Shown here piece after piece: positions 58,137 to 64,000 of a stretch of DNA of 64,000 nucleotides. The stretch is taken from contig CAWAUV010000004.1 in assembly GCA_963785305.1 (NCBI GenBank), positions 512,001 to 576,000 on the forward strand, in the 5' to 3' direction. The position numbers and the translations under genes are program-made. Numbering within the stretch: the stretch's first letter is position 1; the number at the start of each line of letters is the position of its first letter. The notes below the pieces were generated by a model. The model searched no databases, had not been told where the DNA came from, and was given only the letters and a program-made list of their open reading frames with translations. Source of the DNA: an uncultured Planctomycetaceae bacterium. GTDB lineage: Bacteria > Planctomycetota > Planctomycetia > Pirellulales > PALSA-1355.

Positions 58137-58439
58137 TATAATAGGCACACATAATAGTGCATAAATAGGTATTAGATATCGTGGATCTAGTTTCCTATTT
58201 TAGGTATAGCTTATAATTAGAATTATATGAATTATATAGGATTTCCTAATTAAGTAAAGGGCTTTATATGCCTAGCTAAGTACTAGGAAATATATAGGGA
58301 GATATTTCTAGCTTTAGAAGGGGCATTAATTAGTTTCTTATTAGAATTAATTCTTGGAATTAGTTATATTTGCAAGTATTACTTTATAGCTTACTTATCT
58401 TAACTACTTATATATTATTCTACTATTACGTGTTTTATA
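58137..58439 (+). repeat. 3' LTR of element A
   Basis: Ungapped match to 51447-51749 at offset 6690. Confidence 0.93.
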
Positions 58440-58682
58440 ATCTAGTATCTAGTAAAATATCTCAGATATTAGATATCTGGAAATTATAATAAATATTTCC
58501 TTTTTTAGATATTTATTTCGGATTTAGGAATAAGCTTTTTTACTAAAACTAATATTACCTTTATTCTAGTTTTTATTATAACTAAAAATAATATATAAAT
58601 TAATAATATAACTTTATTTCCGAATACTAAAGTTTATTTCTAATTAAGATCTAATTTATATTATTTTAATATAATTTTTCTT

Positions 58683-58880
58683 ATTTTTTTTCTTTTATTT
58701 TTTTTCTTTTATTTTTTTTCTTTTATTTTTTTTCTTTTATTTTTTTTCTTTTATTTTTTTTCTTTTATTTTTTTTCTTTTATTTTTTTTCTTTTATTTTT
58801 TTTCTTTTATTTTTTTTCTTTTATTTTTTTTCTTTTATTTTTTTTATTTTGTTTTTTTTCTTTTATTTTTTTTATTTTTA
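58683..58880. repeat. 14-bp tandem repeat (ATTTTTTTTCTTTT), about 14 copies
   Basis: Unit read directly; the last copies are degenerate. Confidence 0.85.
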
Positions 58881-59339
58881 TAATTAGCCTCTATTTCTAT
58901 TATTTCTATATATTTTACTAGTAATTATATCTTATAACTAACTTATATTTAAATTACTAGATATATCAGAAATTAATATAAGATACTAAGATTAATACTT
59001 ATATATCCTTAATATTTTAGCCTTAGGCTTAAAATATTATAATAATTCTTTTTTTCCCTAATTTACTAAGCTTAATAATTCGCCTTATAAATATTTTTTA
59101 GAACTTTATAAGAGTATTACCTTAATTATAAATTAAGAAATTATAAGTTTAATTCCTATATTACTTATTATAAAATATATAAAAAGAAAACTATAATAAA
59201 ATAAAAACCCATATAAAGTATACTAGAATATAAAATATGATTTAATAATAAAATAATAAATTAAAAGTATAAATAGTAAAGTATAAATAATATATAATAT
59301 ATAAAAGCTTAATTAATTAAATATTTATAAGAAATTATT

Positions 59340-62094
59340 CTCTAAGTTTATAAAAAAACTAGCTTTCTTATATAATTTCTATAAGTTATATATAAAAGAC
59401 TATAGCCTTTATTATATAACCTAAATCTTAAAACCACTAAAATAATATAATTTTTAATAAGTATAGCTTGCTATACTATAATAATAAAGCCCCTAATAGC
59501 TTTAATATATAAGAGAGTTCTATTTAAATAGATAAATTAGTATTAAGAAGATTTTACTAAGCTAAAGCAAGCTATATTCTTAATACTAATTCTATATTAT
59601 TATAACTCAAATCTCCTTATTATAATTAAGATAAATATATTAAATAAAGTTATAGCCGGTATTTTCTTATAATAAGACCCCTAAATAGAACTCTAATATC
59701 CGATAGTATTCTTTTCTAAAACTATATAATTAGTAGAGCTAAATTATAATATCTATAATAAAGAAATACTTATTATTATTCTTTTTTAATTAAATAGTAA
59801 ATAGAGCTAGAAGGCCTATAAGAGGCATTTTTTATAATTTACTTAGATTACTAAATCTTTAAATATTTTATAATTATAAAGAAGCTCTTAGTAAAATAAG
59901 TTTACTAGATAAAATACCTTTTCTATTACTATTTCAAGCTTATATATTAGATAGGTAAGTTAAATTAATAAGTAAATATCCTAAATAGAAAATATAAGAA
60001 TATAATTACCTAAAATAAGGTAATAATAGCTTATTAAACCCAAATTCTCCTTCTATAATAAAAGATTAATAATAATATTAGACGAGATCTCTAATTAGCC
60101 CTAATTAAGGCCTTTATAAGCCTGGCTTAAAAAGAAATCTAGTATAATAATATCTAGCTAGTAAATAAGCTATTAAGCAAGAACTAAGAATTACTAGAAC
60201 TAGAAAAGCTATAAAATAAAGTAAGAAATAAGAAAAAAGATACTTAGATACTATAAAATAGTTTTTTCTTATAATATAATAAACTATTTATATCTAATAG
60301 TATAATAATACTCGAAATACTTTTATATATTACTTTTATTTAGGAGATATATATATAGCCCCTAATAGGATATCCAGAATAAGCCAAGCTTTAATAGCTT
60401 TTTTAGGCCTACTATTACTAGCTAGGCCAAAGTATAAATATTAATTACTATAGAAATAATTACTATATTTACTAATAATCCTATATCTCTAGAAATAAGA
60501 AGCCAGGGCTCTTATATCTATTACTAGTTCCTAATTATCCCTAGTAATATATATTAGTAGATTTTAAGAAATATCTAGAAAGTAGGAACTAGTATAATAT
60601 AGTAGTAATCTTTATTAATTATTTGGGCAAGTATCTTATTATAATTCCTGTCCGAAATATAGTAATAGCTAAAGAGTTAGTATTCTTATTTCTTACCTAT
60701 ATAGTTTATTAAGTTAGTATTCCGGAAATTATAGTATCTAATTAAGGCCTCTAGTTTATATTAGATTTCTAGAGCAAATTCTATAAGTATATTAGTATAA
60801 AGCTTAAGTTATTAATTACTAACTATTCCTAAACTAATAACTAGATAGAGATTATTAACTAGTACTTTAATTAATAGCTATATTTCTATATAAATTACTA
60901 CTAGAATAATTAAAATAAATAAATATTAATAATTAATTACTAGTAAGTAGCTCTAGTTTATAAGATTATAGACTAATCTCCGTTTCTTATAGAGAAGAGT
61001 TATAAACCGCAGATATTATTTAATTAGGAAACCTAAATATAATTAGATACCCTAAAGAAAGAGTTAAATAGATAAGAGGCAAAGGCTTTAGTAATATAGC
61101 TTTATAAATTATAATAAAAGATATAAGAAAATATAATATAAGTATAAGAATATTATATTACTTAAGCTAATAAGTATTACTAACTAGTAGACTTTAAAAT
61201 AGGAAATAAGATATAAATTACTACTAAGTACTAGAAGAATAATTATTTGAGCTATAAGCTGGCTTACTAAATAGAAGAACTATATGAAATCCTGGAATAA
61301 ATAGGATATTTCTTTAGGTTCAAGCTTCTGGAATTAATAAGAATATATCCGGTATTTTATATAGAGAAGCTATATAAAGATCCAGGTAATTCTTTTTCCG
61401 GATAAGCAAATCCGGAGCCTCTGCTATTAGAACTATAAGATAGGGAAATGAAATATAAAGTTTAAGAAATACTAGTAATAAAGCTACTTTATAGGAAGCT
61501 AAAGTACTAAGTCTAGTAAAAAGGATAAAACCCAGATCCGGAGTAATATCCTGTTTCCTTATTAAGTAATAATACCCTAGCTCTTTAGAGCTTCTATAAT
61601 AAGAACCCCGAATAGCCAGAACTACTATAGAATCTCTCTTATTAGTTAGACTATACTAAGAATAATATATTACCGGAACTATATAATATAAACGGAAATT
61701 CTTTAAAGTTATATATAAAAGGCCCTGACCTTTAATATATAACCTGCGACTTGGGAATTTAATAGGGACTTTCGAAGCTCGGGAACGAGCTTACTTTAAA
61801 GGAGGGGGGGGTAATATTACGGTTATTATAATATATAGTACTAGTAGGGGTTAGACTAGAGCTAGTAAGGCATCTGGTATCTGAGAGAGGTATCTGGTAT
61901 CTAAACGAGGCATCTGTAATTACCTAATTATTATATGTAATCCCGAGCTTAAGCTAGTATGTGGGCCCGTATATAGTTTGCAATTATTTAAATCTGAGGC
62001 TCTTTCGAGATCCTCTTCTCTCTTTAGCTTTGAATCATCGAAATAGAAATAGTCTAATTATGCCTTCCAGGCCCTAGATCTTATACTTATAATA
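59340..62094 (+). mobile_element. RIP-degenerated, 5'-truncated Ty3/Gypsy chromovirus (element B); start approximate
   Basis: RNase H relic KINILNKVIAGIFL...YPIVFFSKT...NYNIYNKEILIII (~59630-59780, from ETDASDGVVAGVL...HPVAFFSK...NYDIHDKEMLAII); integrase relics (~60370-60890); chromodomain (~61445-61560); PPT AAAGGAGGGGGGGG (~61798-61811). Confidence 0.85.
61815..62094 (+). repeat. Probable 3' LTR of element B
   Basis: Starts TATTACGG three bases after the PPT and ends TTATAATA (RIP forms of TGTTACGG...CCGTAACA); no partner LTR in the window. Confidence 0.6.
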
Positions 62095-63443
62095 ACTATA
62101 AGCTTTATTTATAATATTATTACTAATTTATATTACTAGTACTTTTATATTAATCTAAATTATTAAAATACTAAATATAGCTATTCTATTATAATTAGCT
62201 TATTAATCTTATTAAACTAAACTTATAGATTAAAAATATAATAAAACCTCTTTATAAATACTTTATAAAACAATTATATTATATATTATATATTATATTT
62301 AGCTTTTGAAATTTTTAAATAAAGTAATTATTCAAATTCCTATTAATTTACCTAATTCTTTATTAATTTCTTAATAAGTTTTATATAGGCTATTTTTAGA
62401 AATTCTTATATAAGTAATTAAATTTAATATATTATTAACTAAAGGAAGGAAAATTTAAAGGCATATAAGTCTCTAGAATATATAAGGCTTGAGAATATAT
62501 AAGCTATTATAGCTACTTTATTTAAATTTTACTAAAATCTTCCCAAAAATCTTTCTTTTATATATTAAGCTTATTAAAGCTCCTATTACTTTTATAATTA
62601 TAAAAATTATAATTAATATATATATAAGAATTTGAATGACTTTAAAAGGTTAAGAATTATAAAAGTTATATTTAAAGATCTCAAGAACTTAGAAAATAGT
62701 CTCAAATTTCTAAGTAAGAAAATAATATTAAAAGAACTTCAAAATTTTACAAATAAAAAAATTCTAATTAGAAGAATTCTGATTAATTTAAATTAAAGAA
62801 AATAATTAGAAAAGTATATAAGCTACTTGCAAGCTTATAAATATCTTGTATTATAAGTAATTTATTATATAAGAAGTAAAAAGTAAGGAAAAAGTCAAGT
62901 ATAATATACGCAATGTTATTTGCAATGTTTTTTCGGGGTTTTGGCAGGAGGATCGCTATCGGCCTCGGTACGAGTACCCTGAGCAAGATTTATCACATCG
63001 TTATGTGGGTTTATCTTCCCGTTACTTCACGAAACATGCTTAACCCGACCTAGCTATAACTAGCTAGGTAGATACGTGGCCTGCGCCTCATAAACTGCAA
63101 GATGCAGCCATTTGCAGCGAGTGCTTTTTCGGCTTGCTTGGCATGCGAATGATAGGTTGCTTGGCTGCACCTTACCTATTTTGTCACCGAAACCATCCAT
63201 TACTGCCGCAGGCGCCGGCGGTGAGGCTGGGACGACGGCGTTGGAGCCTGGATCTCAAAACTTTGGCTTTCCTTCCACTTTTTCTGCTTCTTCATAGCGC
63301 TGTCTTCCTTCCCGTGGCTTCCAGCAATCTGAGGCGTATCGTTCCTCGTCGCATGCCACGGTTCAAAACGAGAGACATATTTCCAACACAAGTCGTCTGG
63401 ATCAGCCGCAGTTGACCCAAATCTCCCTCAACAACAGCACATC

Positions 63444-63940
63444 ATGATTGACGATGAAGGAGATGACCAGAGTACCGATGGTAGTAATACCACGCCAAAC
63501 AGCTCAAGATTCAGTTCAAGGAACCCGCAAACCTCAGCGACATCAAGTGTTCCACCTCGAGCAGATGAGTGGGATCGTACGCTGCGCCATATTGGACTGA
63601 AAGACTTCGGAGAGGCCCTTGAAAACGCAGCAAGGGCTGTCTTCCCGAATAACAAGGGCTCGGATTACTCTCAGGTATATGTGCTTTTGATTTCATGGCA
63701 AACGGAGGATCCAAAGTTGCCAGTGGAAAGGGAAATTCAAGCACTTCGAGAAGTTCTTGAAGATATTTACCATTACGATATCGAGGAGTTCCGTATCCCT
63801 AATACTGCAAGTCATGCTGCAGTTAGCGAGAAGATTAATGACTTCGTTAAGGTCAATGATGATAGCAGTAATGATCTTAAGATTGTATATTATGCCGGTC
63901 ATAGTCTACTTTCAAGAAACAAGGAACTTGTGTGGTCGGC
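63444..63940 (+). CDS. Fungal gene, exon 1: caspase-like (peptidase C14-type fold) domain protein, partial
   Basis: ATCATG context; YSQVYVLLISW...EIQALREVLEDIYHY..EEFRIP...DLKIVYYAGHS resembles the ascomycete caspase-like domain (L.IVYYAGHG); normal GC, no RIP signature. Confidence 0.7.
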
Positions 63941-63994
63941 GTATGTGTATTGTAGTGTGCCTAATATTATTCCTGCCGGCTGACTATATCTTAG
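63941..63994 (+). other. Spliceosomal intron (54 bp)
   Basis: Donor GTATGT (63941), branch site GCTGAC (63979-63984), acceptor TAG (63992-63994); it contains the apparent ORF stop codon. Confidence 0.8.
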
Positions 63995-64000
63995 TATTAG

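Larger units (their letters stand above)
51447..58439 (+). mobile_element. Complete RIP-degenerated Ty3/Gypsy (chromovirus-type) LTR retrotransposon (element A)
   Basis: Two 303-bp LTRs; 5-bp TSD ATCTA (51442-51446, 58440-58444); gag knuckle CYNYNKSGYKIYKY (~52925); protease LVNSSIKA (~53107); RT YLDNILIY (54118); RNase H; integrase DFITG (55687); chromodomain EEFEVKFII...KYLIY*KSY (~56566); purine tract AGAAAGGGAA before the 3' LTR. Confidence 0.95.

Noticed and set aside
47173..62900. AT-rich block as an alternative-genetic-code phage, organelle or reduced endosymbiont genome
   Set aside because: Stops and substitutions fall in Gypsy motifs as transitions predict, catalytic residues are destroyed, and LTRs with a TSD are present; RIP explains it.
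62783..62986. 67-aa minus-strand ORF at the RIP boundary
   Set aside because: Low-complexity I/L/F/Y/N composition from AT-rich DNA; no support as a gene.

Overview
The window is two unrelated genomes joined at about 47172/47173. Bases 1-47172 are a GC-rich bacterial segment whose gene content points to Planctomycetota (DUF1552/DUF1592, DUF1559, planctomycete cytochrome c, three ECF sigma/anti-sigma pairs). It contains the glgB 3' end, a five-gene signalling cluster with a LOV-domain hybrid kinase and an HD-GYP regulator, and a hotspot of small mobile elements. That hotspot has a truncated RAYT-like transposase, a CTAG-ended element carrying a REP doublet, and two apparently identical, inverted 187-bp MITEs with 3-bp TNA duplications, one of which splits a FecR-LamG anti-sigma gene. 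Accessory genes and housekeeping genes (waaF, dksA-like, lspA, proB, truncated purF) follow. About 20 small frameshifts in otherwise intact genes look like uncorrected long-read errors. Bases 47173 to about 62900 are an extremely AT/TpA-rich fungal block of RIP-destroyed Ty3/Gypsy retrotransposons. It holds one complete chromovirus-type element (303-bp LTRs, ATCTA target duplication), a minus-strand element it probably inserted into, and a 5'-truncated second chromovirus. The window ends in the first exon and a canonical intron of a fungal caspase-like gene. All family assignments come from motif recognition by eye; no searches were run.
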